A stretch of 26,076 nucleotides of DNA from positions 1-26,076 of the forward strand of contig NW_021835603.1 of the NCBI RefSeq assembly GCF_006345805.1. The letters run 5' to 3'. The position numbers were made by a program, and so were the translations under genes. Shown here piece by piece: positions 1-11,400 of the stretch (position 1 is the stretch's first letter; each line of letters starts with the position of its first letter). The notes beneath the pieces were generated by a model, which made no database searches, had not been told where the DNA came from, and saw nothing but the letters and a program-made list of their open reading frames with translations. The stretch is from Octopus sinensis. Its lineage: Eukaryota.

Positions 1-991
1 CTTAGCACTGGAGAAGATCAAAAGCAGTAATTCTCAAATGCGGCCCGCAAAAATAAATGATTGGATTAAAAAAATTTTAATAATTGTTATAAAATTAAAT
101 TCCAATTCATTCACGTAAAAAATTGTCTAATGTCTGTTGTCCCTAAACAATATCGTATTATAGTACAAGAAAATAGGGGATTCAAAAAAGAATGGGAGGA
201 AAGTTTTTTATAATTCAAAAAAAGAAAAGTACATTGCTTAATAGGTTTTGTGAGATACACCAAAATCAGAAATAGTTTCAGAAATTATTTAAACATGATA
301 TAATTTATTTATTTTATAACTATTTTCAGTAGAAAATAAAATGACATTTAATTTTTTGGGTCGTTATTCTAAAAACCGCATATGCTCAAAAACTTCAAAT
401 TTGCACTCCTTTTCGTAAGTGTAATTCTAATTTATCCTCTTTCTTCTATGTTTAGTTTGTTTCTTTTTTCTGATCATACTATTCAGAGTGCTGAATTCTT
501 TCTCTACGCAGAATGATGTAGGAAAACATAATATAATTATCATCATTTTTTCCCATCATTTCGGGAATTTCATTTTTTAGATTTTTCTCCCCAGAATTGT
601 CAGATTTTCACGCAGCATACATTCAATCACTCACTATAAACAAAACCAATCACTTACTATAAACAATGATTGTTTCTTATAGAAACAGAGTTAAACCTTG
701 GAAAAGAACTCTTGAACTGGACAAAAGAATAAACCAGATTTATCACCAAATAAGTGTCGTCAACATCCCCAGTGCCTGTCAGTACATCGAAGGGAACGAG
801 GCGGGCTTGCCTACCTGAATAACCTTGCGAATAGAGGATGTAGCGACTAGAAGGAGAGAGTTTTTAATTAATATCTGAATAAATTGATTGTAGTTTTTTT
901 TACAATCTAATAAATATTATTAGACTCTATTATATACACTACATTAACGAAGAAACCATTTGTAGACTAGGTGGATCTGGAAGACCGACAT
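1..991 (+). repeat. Copy 1 of a ~1 kb diverged direct repeat; copy 2 is at 25066-26076
   Basis: Colinear from cttagcactggagaagatcaaaagc to ggaagaccgacat in both copies, with scattered substitutions and several indels. Confidence 0.97.
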
Positions 992-1641
992 TACTGGATG
1001 CAAACGAAGTTAACGTATTGGTCGAACTTTCTAAAGTTAATTTTGCAAAATCCGCTAAAGATCTGGCGGTAGAAATGAAAAAAATTACTAAAAAAGTAAT
1101 TTCCCCGCGAACTATTTCTCGCAATTTAAATAAGAATGGTGTATTTGGAAGAGTAGCAAAGAAAAAACCATTTTTAAATAAAAAAACATATCAAAAGATA
1201 TGAAATATCGGAAATATTTGTTGGTATAAATGATGAAGAATGAAGATCAATCATTTTTTCATTTGGGCTAAAATAAAATGAATAGAAAATCGACCAAAAA
1301 ATAGAGAACAACAAAAAGATAAAATACTCGAAATTTGGAATCAAATTTCAATGGACTATGTTAAAAATTGATAAACTCGATGAAAAATCGTAGTTTAAAG
1401 TATTCAAATCAAAAGGAGAATATATACAGTACTAATATGTTATTTTTTACATTTTGTCTGGAATTTTTTGTCATAAAAAATTTGTTTTCTGCTCTAATCT
1501 CAACATTTTAACAATATTTATTACTGAATATTATAAAATTAAAAATATTGATTATATAAGCATTCTAAAGTTGTTAATCTAGTAACATTAATAATGAAAA
1601 TAACGATTTATTAAGTGTCCGAATTTTTTTGTCGAGGGGTG
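925..1641 (+). mobile_element. Tc1/mariner transposon remnant, 5'-truncated and internally deleted
   Basis: Translation gives GGSGRP...ISPRTISRNLNKNGVFGRVAKKKPFL (Tc1/Tc3 HTH region) and a C-terminal remnant (EIWNQISMDYVKN...GEYIQY*). A terminal-repeat-like end, ...ttttgtcgaggggtg, is followed by TA at 1642-1643. No left TIR was found. Confidence 0.85.
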
Positions 1642-1696
1642 TATTTCTATTTTTTCCTCGATTATCGACTTCTGACGTAAGATTTCGAAATATTAG

Positions 1697-1824
1697 CAAT
1701 CAACCATCGCCACCTTGCAGAATAAATCGCCCCTTTGCATTAACTGCAAGAACACTGGGCACTTGGCCGGTGAATGCGTCCAACTGGAAACTGTAACCCT
1801 GCCCGAATGGATTTGCTTTTAGCC
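1697..1824 (+). pseudogene. Isolated CCHC zinc-knuckle fragment (gag-like or host exon)
   Basis: 1736-1777 reads [14 protein letters not shown], an exact CX2CX4HX4C, in a short stop-bounded frame. Confidence 0.5.
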
Positions 1825-2989
1825 TTTGACCGTACTTTTCCTCCTTTTCCTCTTAAAGACATTGTAGTCTGCTAACTATTTTTGTTTACATAATAAAAAA
1901 ATTGCATTCCGAAATTTTGTTGAAAATCTTCTCTTTTATCAAAAGGCCTTTGTCCTTATCCAATTAACAATGAATACAACGATTTTGGAACATTTTCCAT
2001 TTTTATTGTTTTTGTAATTTAATTTTCCTGATGAATAACACAATGATGCTATAAACCTATTATAAAGATGTGGTGCCACATCCAAAAAAATGATGATTGT
2101 TTTGATTTAAAAAAATTTACTCTTTATTTTCTAGAATCGCCTTTCTAGAAACGCTTATCATAAATTGATTTGTATAAATTTTTTGTTAAAAAAATTTGCA
2201 CGTGGAAATTTCAGAAATACAATCTCCTTGCAAATTAATTGTCGATTCTCCATGAAACAGAAATAAATATCGCAGTCTTTATTTCAGATATCTGGACCAT
2301 CATTGAGATATCCCCTCTGGTATTTACACTGTTTATAAGCTACTAGGTAGAATTGTGTTTTAATTAAAATTATCTTAATTTTTAGTTACCCGATTATTAA
2401 TAGAAAACATAATAATTTGTGGCACGTGTGAGCACTCTTTTGACATACCGTGGTTGTCCTGTTACATTATTTGGTCAATCTTTATTTTTTATTTAATTGG
2501 ATTAGAAGGAATATTTTGCGATGTAGTTCTTTATTAATAAATTATCTGAAATTTCATCATTTTTTGTAATATTTGCGAGTTTATTCTTTCAATCTGTTAT
2601 ATCGCTTATTTGAAATCTTCTCATTTATCTTTATTCATTGAATTTCACCTTATTTTTTGATAGAAAGTTCTATTCTTTATATCTTATGGCAAACTTTTAT
2701 TATTTGTTCCCGGATTTGGCGATCTTGTATTTTAGCGCCTATTTTATCATTATTGTTATATTTTCAATTTCTACCAAATTTTAATCATTATTGTTATATT
2801 TTTTTCTAGACTTTTTTTTAAACTTAACACGAATTTAATTATTGTTATATTATTTTTATAAATTATTATGTCACAGGCCTAGGGTGTACCGTGCCTAGGT
2901 GGTTATACAGTCTGTACCAAAACATTATAATATTGGCAAATTTATCAATAAATCATTTGTATCTCTACTTATATCAATTTTTAAGTGTT

Positions 2990-3461
2990 AATTTTAACAT
3001 GCACATTTCTATAATATTCCATCTTCTCCATGTATTGTAAAATTCTCACCAGTCCATAATAACGAAGTACTTAGTTACATTTAATTGATCATATAGAGGG
3101 CATCTTCTATTTTGCTCGTTTGCATCTTGGTCATGACGAAGCAAAAACACAATCGCCAATTTTGATTATGTCATTCGGCTCAAATTAATTCCGTGAGGAA
3201 TAAGTTTCGGAAAATTCCTTAATAGAGATGAATCTATTGTCCATCAAAACTCTTTGAATAGCTCTTTCTTCTCGTGAAGACGTTAATTTCGCCTTCTTTC
3301 CGACACGATTGTTTTTCTCGTTATGCTGCTTTTGCAACACGTGGAAACTGATCCTTTTGAGCAATTTGTGATTTCCGCGATTTTGTTTTGACTAAGTCCA
3401 AGGTATGGAGATTTAAAATAATTTTTTTGGTATCAAATGACAAGTCGCTTTTTCGTCCCAT
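2990..3461 (-). pseudogene. Tc1 transposase remnant (N-terminal HTH to the first catalytic motif)
   Basis: From ATG at 3461: MGRKSDLSFDTKKIILNLH...KIAEITNCSKGSVS, then REERAIQRVLMDNRFISIKE and WTGENFTIHGEDG (a decayed WSDE-type motif). It has stops and frameshifts, and the rest of the DDE domain is missing. Confidence 0.8.
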
Positions 3462-3956
3462 GTCATTAAATAATAACGTGTTAATTTAAATAAATTTGAT
3501 TTTGTATGAAAATATAAAAAATTATTATAATGTTATAGTACATGACAAAAATTATTACAGTACGACCCCGGTTTGGGGCAGCTTTTTATCATAGTGCCCC
3601 AAAAGCGGGGGTGCCCCCAAAATGCGAGAGTAGATTTTTATGCTTTTATTTTCTCCTCAATAGATTTTTATTGCATTTTAGACTATAAATTAAAATTATT
3701 TAATATTAATAAAAATTCTAACATAGTCCTTTCTTAATAAAATTAAAAATTTTAATAAATCCAACAAAAAATACTATTAAAAGTAATCAGTAATTTTCTC
3801 ACCGAATTGGTTTTTTTTCAGTTCTCCTGATAGGTTTTTTCTAATTCGTAGTAGATTTTCAAAAATTGTGGACATGTACTGAAAATATTATCTTCTAGAG
3901 AATTCACGATGTTTATGATTTCTTTAATTGATGATTTTTTAGATTCATATCCATCA

Positions 3957-3990
3957 CTAGCTCGCAGGCTCGCTTCGCTCACCGCGACCT
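3957..3990 (-). mobile_element. Possible Helitron-type 3' terminus
   Basis: Minus strand reads ggtgagcgaagcgagcc-tgcgag-CTAG|T: an imperfect GC-rich palindrome just upstream of CTAG followed by T, in otherwise AT-rich DNA. The 5' end was not located. Confidence 0.35.
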
Positions 3991-4610
3991 AGCTCCTGCG
4001 GAGGGCCTGTTTCATCAAACAACTATAAGTTTATGTAGATGTATAAAACTACTGGTTTAATGTAACCCTATTCTATCGCCTGTTGATAAACGATGTTTGT
4101 CGTCCGTCCTTCCTTGGCATATATGAATAAATTTTCTCTTCTGCCTACCTCGAGCATCCCACATACAGCTGTCCATGTGAAAAGCACTCACTCTCAAAAT
4201 AACCCAACTACCTTTAATGACTGTCCCTGGGCTTGTTTATTGTCATTGCAAACTTTTTTTTCATTTTTTGTGGTTTATTTTTTTTTATATTTAATTTTTC
4301 ATTTTCCTTTGTAATTTCCTTTTTTTTCTTTTTTTATTTTTTACTGGCGGAAAATGGGGCAGGGGGAGATACGGCAGGCGGCGGAAATGCGGCAGGCAAG
4401 AAAGCGACACACAAAAAAGTAATTAATTACCTTATTAAGCTGACCGTTTTTCTTCAGCTTCGTTTTTTCCTCCTTCGGTTATCTATTAAAAAATTATTTT
4501 TGAATAATAAAAAAGGTTTAGGAAAAGAGGCATACCGAAAATAAATTCTATCTTTACGAAAAACTCAAGTAAATAGTTAATATTTTTACGCAAATTCTTC
4601 TGATTGCGCT

Positions 4611-4814
4611 GTCAATTGGTGGTAATTGTGTTAATGGTTGTGCTAATGTGGTTTCAACTATCAAAGTGTTTTTCAAAATCTGTTAATTGCACACTCTATT
4701 CAAGGTCGTGCGTCAATTGGTGGTAAATTGTGTTAATGATTGTGCTAATGTGGTTTCAACTATCAAAGTGGTTTTTCAAAATCTGTTAATTGCACACTCT
4801 ATTCAAAGTCGTGC
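4611..4814. repeat. Tandem duplication, ~101-bp unit x2
   Basis: gtcaattggtggta...cacactctattcaa(g/a)gtcgtgc starts at 4611 and again at 4712. Confidence 0.9.
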
Positions 4815-5021
4815 AATCTGTGATTGCACATTCTGTCAAAGTCAAATATGATAATAGCTTTAATTTGATTCATGGTCGATAATGATATATGCATTTAATT
4901 TTAAGAGAAAAAACATAGGATGAATTCAATTTCTTTATCGCGAATAATTGGGAGTTCATCATTGTTAATATTCTCGCTGTCGTTTTCATCAAGGATATTC
5001 TTAATACGTGAGATTTTTGCC

Positions 5022-6100
5022 TTGAAGGTTTTAATGGACCTCATCATGAATGTCGAGGACATTCGCGTTGTTCATTTTAATCAAAATGCAGAAAATAATT
5101 TTTTGATTTTTTGGGGGAAAGGTTTTAAGGACTTCATCATGTAAGTCGAGGACATTGTAGTTGTTCATTTTAACCAAAATGCAGAAAATTTTTTTTTAAT
5201 TTTTTTTGGGGGAGGTTTTTTAAGGACTTCATCATGTAAGTTGAGTACATTGTAGTTTTTCATTTTAACCAAAATGCAGAAAATTTTTTTTTAATTTTTT
5301 TTGGGGGGAAGGTTTTAAGGACTTCATCATGTAAGTCGAGGACATTGTAGTTGTTCATTTTAACCAAAATGCAGAAAATTTTTTTTTAATTTTTTTGGGG
5401 GGGAAGGTTTTAAGGACTTCATCATGTAAGTCGAGGACATTGTAGTTGTCATTTAACCAAAATGCAGAAAATTTTTTTTAATTTTTTTTGGGGGGGAAGG
5501 TTTTAAGGACTTCATCATGTAAGTCGAGGACATTGTAGTTGTTCATTTTAACCAAAATGCAGAAAATTTTTTTTTAATTTTTTTGGGGGGAAGGTTTTAA
5601 GGACTTCATCATGTAAGTCGAGGACATTGTAGTTGTTCATTTTAACCAAAATGCAGAAAATTTTTTTTTAATTTTTTTTGGGGGGAAGGTTTTAAGGACT
5701 TCATCATGTAAGTCGAGGACATTGTAGTTTCATTTTAACCAAAATGCAGAAAATTTTTTTTAATTTTTTTGGGGGGGAAGGTTTTAAGGACTTCATCATG
5801 TAGTCGAGGACATTGTAGTGTTCATTTTAACCAAAATGCAGAAAATTTTTTTTAATTTTTTTGGGGGGGAGGTTTTTTAAGGACTTCATCATGTAAGTCG
5901 AGGACATTGTAGTTGTTCATTTTAACCAAAATGCAAGAAAATTTTTTTTAATTTTTTTGGGGGGGAAGGTTTAAGGACCTCATCATGTAAGTCGAGGACA
6001 TCGTAGTTGTTCATTTTGACCAAACGCAGAAAAATTTTTTTTAATTTTTTTTGGGGGGAAGGTTTTAAGGACCTCATCATGTAAGTCGAGGACATCGTAT
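5022..6100. repeat. Minisatellite, ~94-bp unit, ~11.5 copies
   Basis: Unit gaaggttttaaggacttcatcatgtaagtcgaggacattgtagttgttcattttaaccaaaatgcagaaaa(t)n aa(t)n(g)n. Copies vary mainly in homopolymer length, and the edge copies are the most diverged. Confidence 0.97.
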
Positions 6101-6129
6101 TGCCAATTTGAAGTTGGTGTGCACACAGA

Positions 6130-6180
6130 AGACAGACAGACAGACAGACACACCACGACAGACAGACAGACAGACACACC
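6130..6180. repeat. (GACA)n microsatellite, two tracts
   Basis: gacagacagacagacagacacacc-ac-gacagacagacagacagacacacc. Confidence 0.95.
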
Positions 6181-7027
6181 AACACCATTTTATTATTAAG
6201 ATAAGTAATTTTGTCCTCAATAATATCTGTCGAATCCATTGAAATAACATCGAAATCACGTCATCTATTAATTCTTCGTCCAACTGTACATTATCCGAAA
6301 TTTTGATCTGTTTTCATTTATTTTCTGCCAGCAGCAATTAATTATCGTTGTCTCTGACATCATTTTCCATGCCTCCCGACAACTGTAATGACTTGTCTAA
6401 GATTGACATTATTCAAATTCAATCAGAAAGCTGTTCTTTTTCAAATATAAGAGTAAAATCAATCAGTTTATTGAAATAGAGGGACTTGAAGGATTTTATT
6501 ATTCCCATATCTAGGGGTTGAATTAAAGCGGTCGTATTTTGGGAAGAAAAGTAAATAAACATTGGAATATTCTGTATTTCTGTGACAGCTCGCATTATCC
6601 AGTATTAAGACAATTTTCTCTTTTCATTGATCATATCTTGATTTACTTTCCATAACCATTTCCCAAAAATATCACTAGTCATCCACGAATTTTTGATGCA
6701 GCATATAGTACTCCGTGATCCTCAGCGTTAAAATTTTTTAAACACCTAGGAGATTTGAATTTTCCAATTATAGAGGTTTTAACTTTCACCAAGTGCATTA
6801 CAAAAAGGAGAAGGGTAACTTTCTCTTTGCTCATTTTAATTCCATTGCATTTGTCATTAAATTGAACAAAAGATTTCGACGGCGTTCGCTTTATGTATAA
6901 AGCTGTTTCATCACAGTTTTAAAAATATTTTCACTTCCTACAGTTTCCAAACAGTTGTCATAATCAGCAAAAAAATTGGAAACCTAGAAAGGTCAGATGA
7001 ATTCTTTTCTCCACTTATAGTTTTAAA

Positions 7028-7685
7028 CAGCGGTTCTCAAATGCGGCCCCCGGGGCCGCATGTGGCCCCCAGGATTTTTTTTGCGGCCCCTTTAGAGTAA
7101 CTAACTTTTTTAATTTTTTAATAATGTTAAAATTTAATTATTTATTCTTAAATTTATATAAATTTAATTTTTACAATTTTAAAGAATTCTTTCCTTTAAT
7201 GAAAATATTCGCAACTCCATTCAGCGTGGAAATTAAGGATGCGCCTGCAAAGTTTCAACTAGAACTCATTAATTAACAACATGATATAGAACTGGCGGCA
7301 TTGTTCAAAAATGCGTCCATTATTAATTTTTACGAATTAATTCCTCCAGACAAATTCAAAAAATTATACGTCAGCTTTTACGAACTTTTTCGACTTTACT
7401 TATTCCGGATTTCAAAAACTTAATAAACAAATAATACTTTCTTTTTAGTTACAACGCCTTTTGTAGATTTTTTAGCTTTTATTTCTTTATACAGGAAATG
7501 GAAATTAAAAAAAGAAAAAAAAGAGTCCAAAAACTCATTACGCATCAGCAGTGGCTGCATTTTGGATTGCAAGCGAGTTACCGGCTTGGAAAATATAAAA
7601 ATATATAAAATATTTTTTGTGCGGCCCGCGAAGCTAATCTTAATTATCGATTTGGCCCTTGAGCTAAAAAGGTTGAGAACCCCTG
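7028..7685 (+). mobile_element. hAT (Charlie/SPIN-like) non-autonomous element inserted in pogo element 1
   Basis: TIRs cagcggttctcaa / ttgagaacccctg with a perfect 8-bp TSD gttttaaa (7020-7027, 7686-7693). Internal remnant FATPFSVEIKDAPAKFQLELI resembles the hAT transposase C-terminal region. Confidence 0.92.
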
Positions 7686-8408
7686 GTTTTAAATAGCAAC
7701 TCGTGTCTTTTCTTGAACGGTCTAGCCATCCATTTGATGCCTTAAATGATTCATAATTTATCTTTTTAGATAATTTTTTTGCAATCAGTTTAAGATAGTT
7801 CCAGAAATTGGAAGAAATTCATCTCTCAGACGTAGAAAAGTTTCAAAAACTAATCTATCTAATTCATTATTTGGATCATGTGATTCTTGATTCTATCGGA
7901 TTCAGTTAATCCCGCGTCAAAATAATAAACAAAATTTGTTTAATGCGAGAAATAGTACCTGTAATTAATAATAGTTAAAAAAGATACCTTTGCTCGTTTT
8001 ATACTTTTTAGCAAGATCTCTTTCTGAAAATTGACCATGTTTTATATCTTTAGCGATTTTAATTTTTGTTTCATAATTAATCTTTGAATTCTTTTTACGA
8101 ACCATACTAAAGTCAAAATAAACACGTGAAATAATAGTATTAATTAATAATTAATAAATAAACTAACATTTTGTAATTAAATAAATTAAATAAGTGCCCC
8201 AAACCGGGGTCATCAAAAATAAATAATAGAATGAAAAATTTACTGTTTTCAAAAACTGCCCCTAAAAGCGGGGGATGCCCCAAAACCCGAGGGTGCCCCA
8301 CCCATGGGGTCTGCCCCAAACCGGGGTCGTACTGTATAATGTTATGGTACATGACAATTTGTATCACCCCAACCAGTGATCTCGTAAAATCAAATAATTT
8401 TTTAAATA

Positions 8409-11400
8409 CAGTGCGACACTTGAAATGGGGAAATTTTCCCCAATTTTGAGGTTTTCCCCAAAAAAAGGTTTTTCATTAAATTTAGGTCTCGCCTGTTCGA
8501 TATCTTACTTAATAATATAACCGAGACGGATAACTACAATTTTTATTTTTTATAAAAAAATCAGTTAATTTAATCGAGTGTTTTGTTTTTCGCATCGAAC
8601 TATATACAGTATAACTCCATTTGGGGCAGACCTCTGGCTTGGGGAACCTCTATTTTTGGGGAACCTCTATTTTTGGGGTAGTTTGAAAAGGATATAATTT
8701 TTATGCGGTAATTTCCAATTTAGAAATTACCGGAACCTCTAAGTGGGGCACAGGATTTTTAATTTATATACATATTTGCTATTAAATTAAAATTAATTAT
8801 ATAAAATTTCATTTGGAAGCCTCGTGTAATTTTTGTATTCTTGTTGTTATGGCTCGTAAGCTTAGTCTTGAGTTAAAGATCAAAATTGCCAAGGAATTAA
8901 GTGAAAAAACATCTTACTGAACGAGATATTGTAGATAAGTACAAAATTAGTAAAGGTTTTTTATTAATGTAAGTTTTTAGGCGCTGTGTCACGTATTAAA
9001 AAAAATTATCTCATTTTTTAATACTGGGGCTGTTCAAACAGATTTCCCAGAAATATTCAACGCTCTCCTCATACTTTATCCCAAAAATTGGAAATAAAAT
9101 TGTTTTTGAGGCTTTCACCAAGACAAGGGAAGAATTTATTCCTGTGTCCGGTCCTCTTTTAAAAAATATTGCTTCCAAAGTAGCAAGGATGTTGAATTAT
9201 TCGGCGTTCAAAGGGTCCAATGGCTGGTTGGAAAAATTAAGAAAAGACATATGTTGTCATTTAAGACAATTAGTGGAGAGAAAAACTCTTCCGATGTTTC
9301 TTCGCTTGATATGTTTTTTTCCAAGTATGATGAATACGTAAAAGAATATGGTCTTCAAAATATTTTTAATTGCGACGAACTGGGTTATATATAAAAGGAT
9401 ACCTTCAAAATCATTTGTAAGTTCGGATGAAGATTGTTTCGGAATAAAAGGAGTAAAGAAAAATTCACTATTTTTGTCGGTCAGTGCTTGTGGCGAAAAA
9501 TTGAAGCCATTGTTAGTAGGAAAATATAAATCCCCACGTTGTATGAAAAACTTTAACCCTGAAGAACATGGAGTTTCATATTCATCATCTAAAAACAGTT
9601 GGATGACATCAGAAATATTTATTACATGGCTCACCATTACAAATGAACAAATGATTACGCAAAAGAGAAAAATTGTTTTGTTACTTGATAACGCAGCTGT
9701 CACAAATATATCCATCTTCCAACATTGAATTGTTTTTCTCCCAAAAATACAACCTCATTAATTCAACCGTTAGACATGGGTATTATTAAATCTTTCAAGT
9801 CCAATTATCTTAACGCTTTATTGGATTTTACTTTATTTTGAGGACGTTGAGTTACAAATTGTTAATTTAAAAAAATAAATCTTCGTCATGTCATAATAAT
9901 TGTTGGAAAAACATGGCAAAATTTAAATCCTGAAACAATAACGAATTGTTGGGAAACAATTAATAACTGTCGGCAACAGATTCCTAGTTCAAATTTTTTA
10001 GTTAACAGTGAGAAAGAAAATTTGGACACGATAATTGCAGACGTAATTGCTGAAAATGAAGAAGAAAATAATGATGAGTCAATATATGACCAAACTGAAT
10101 GCAACTGTTCACACTTGGACACGATAACAGCAATGAATAACCTTGAAGAGAATATTCACCGTTTGTTTCCCGATGCGTTAAAAGACTATTACAATTTCAG
10201 AAAAATATTGGGCATACATATGAAGAAATCTGCAACAGGAAACAAAATAACAGATTATTTTCGTGTATAATAGAATAAAAATTTTTTTCTACTTGAAAAA
10301 TACTCTAATTATCAATAAAATTAGTGGAAAACATGTTTAAATGTTCTAAAAATACTTTATTTATTTATAAATTAATGAAAAATATGCTAAAACTATTAAA
10401 ATTTTTATAAAAATAAAGAAAATTTCAGACCTCCATTTTTGGGGAACCTCTATTTTTGGGGCAATTTTTCAAAATTGATGCCCCAAATGGAGGTTATACT
10501 GTATTTGCTTTGAATCGAATAGATCAAGTACATTTTCCGGAGTCTCTTGCTTAATAACATTTAGCAGCATGTGAATGCGCATCCGCATTGTTTATAACTT
10601 GTTGATCATCCAAATGTTCCATAAATTGTTCGCTGCAGTCCTCTTTATCACTACTGTTATCATCCCAGAAACTCTCCAAAATCGCATTTTCCACAATATC
10701 GGAATTAATCAGACTTTCTTCGATGTCCTCTTTTCCCGACAGTCATATTCCAAAGCTTTTTCAAAGCAATGTTGTATTTAAGTGTCTGTAATCTTGTCCC
10801 ATGCCAATTTCGAACATGAAATAGCATCCAATATTGTGATTCCCTTTATTGCTTCATCTATTTGCCCTGCAGGATTTTATCATAGATAATTGTTTTCATA
10901 ATCCAGTTATTAAAATGATTCTTAAATGCCTTTATTATCCCTTGGTCACATGGCTGAATTAAGGAACTTGTATTTTTTGGAAAAAATATTACGTCGACGT
11001 TTGAAAGTTTGAGAGAAACAGCATGACAAGTTGCATTATCAATTAACAATGCTATTTTCCTTCTTTTCTCTCTCATTTCCTCGTTAAATCGAGATAACCA
11101 ATTTTCAAAAATATTTTTTGTCATCCAGCTTTGCACGAAGCATCATATTCAATGCCAATTTCTTTCAGATTCACACCTTTTAATACTCTTGGTGACTTCG
11201 TACGCCCAATTATAAGCGGTTTATATTTTTCTCCTGTGTAACTGCAACACAAAAGAAGTGTCATACGTTCTTTTCTTATTTATGTTTGCTGTGTGACTCA
11301 TTTTTTTCAACAAAACTCTTTTTGGAAACAGCTTTATAAAATAATGCAGTTTCATCACAGTTGAAAATGTTTTCTCCCCCATAGTTTTCAAGCAAATCAT

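Larger units (their letters stand above)
4999..6202. mobile_element. Non-autonomous Helentron/HINE (DINE-1/pearl-like) element with central minisatellite and (GACA)n
   Basis: Short inverted termini (tcttaata / tattaaga), an internal tandem array and a GACA microsatellite near one end. There is no TSD, and removing the element restores the pogo transposase frame (EDKITY|ILDEND). Confidence 0.7.
3558..8334 (-). mobile_element. pogo/Tigger-like element 1, carrying nested insertions
   Basis: Perfect 24-bp TIRs cagtacgaccccggtttggggcag (3558-3581; inverted at 8311-8334), TA on both sides, and CCCC/GGGG subterminal motifs. The minus-strand transposase starts at ATG 8105 (MVRKKNSKINYETKIKIAK) and includes FKASNGWL- and NTTALIQPLDMGIIKSFK-type motifs. 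Confidence 0.93.

Noticed and set aside
30-55. hAT TIR-like scrap ttctcaaatgcggccc, matching 7034-7049
   Set aside because: There is no partner TIR or TSD, so it is too short to call as an element; it is at most a remnant.
1-991. Terminal direct repeats as LTRs of a giant retroelement
   Set aside because: No TG...CA ends, PBS or PPT are evident, the repeat includes a Tc1 fragment, and its true limits may lie outside the window.
3526-3557. Unusually long (23-32 bp) target-site duplication of pogo-1
   Set aside because: A canonical TA TSD is present, and the repeats resemble the outer Tc1 TIR, so internal binding sites explain them better.
4093-4544. ORFs 4093-4314 and 4233-4544
   Set aside because: They are Phe-rich translations of T-rich low-complexity DNA with no motif.
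5022-6100. Regular repeat array as a CRISPR
   Set aside because: Units are contiguous near-identical 94-mers with no unique spacers, no cas genes are present, and the context is eukaryotic.
5922-6283. ORFs crossing the GACA tract and minisatellite
   Set aside because: They are read-through from the pogo frame into repeats, and the 94-bp unit is not a multiple of three.
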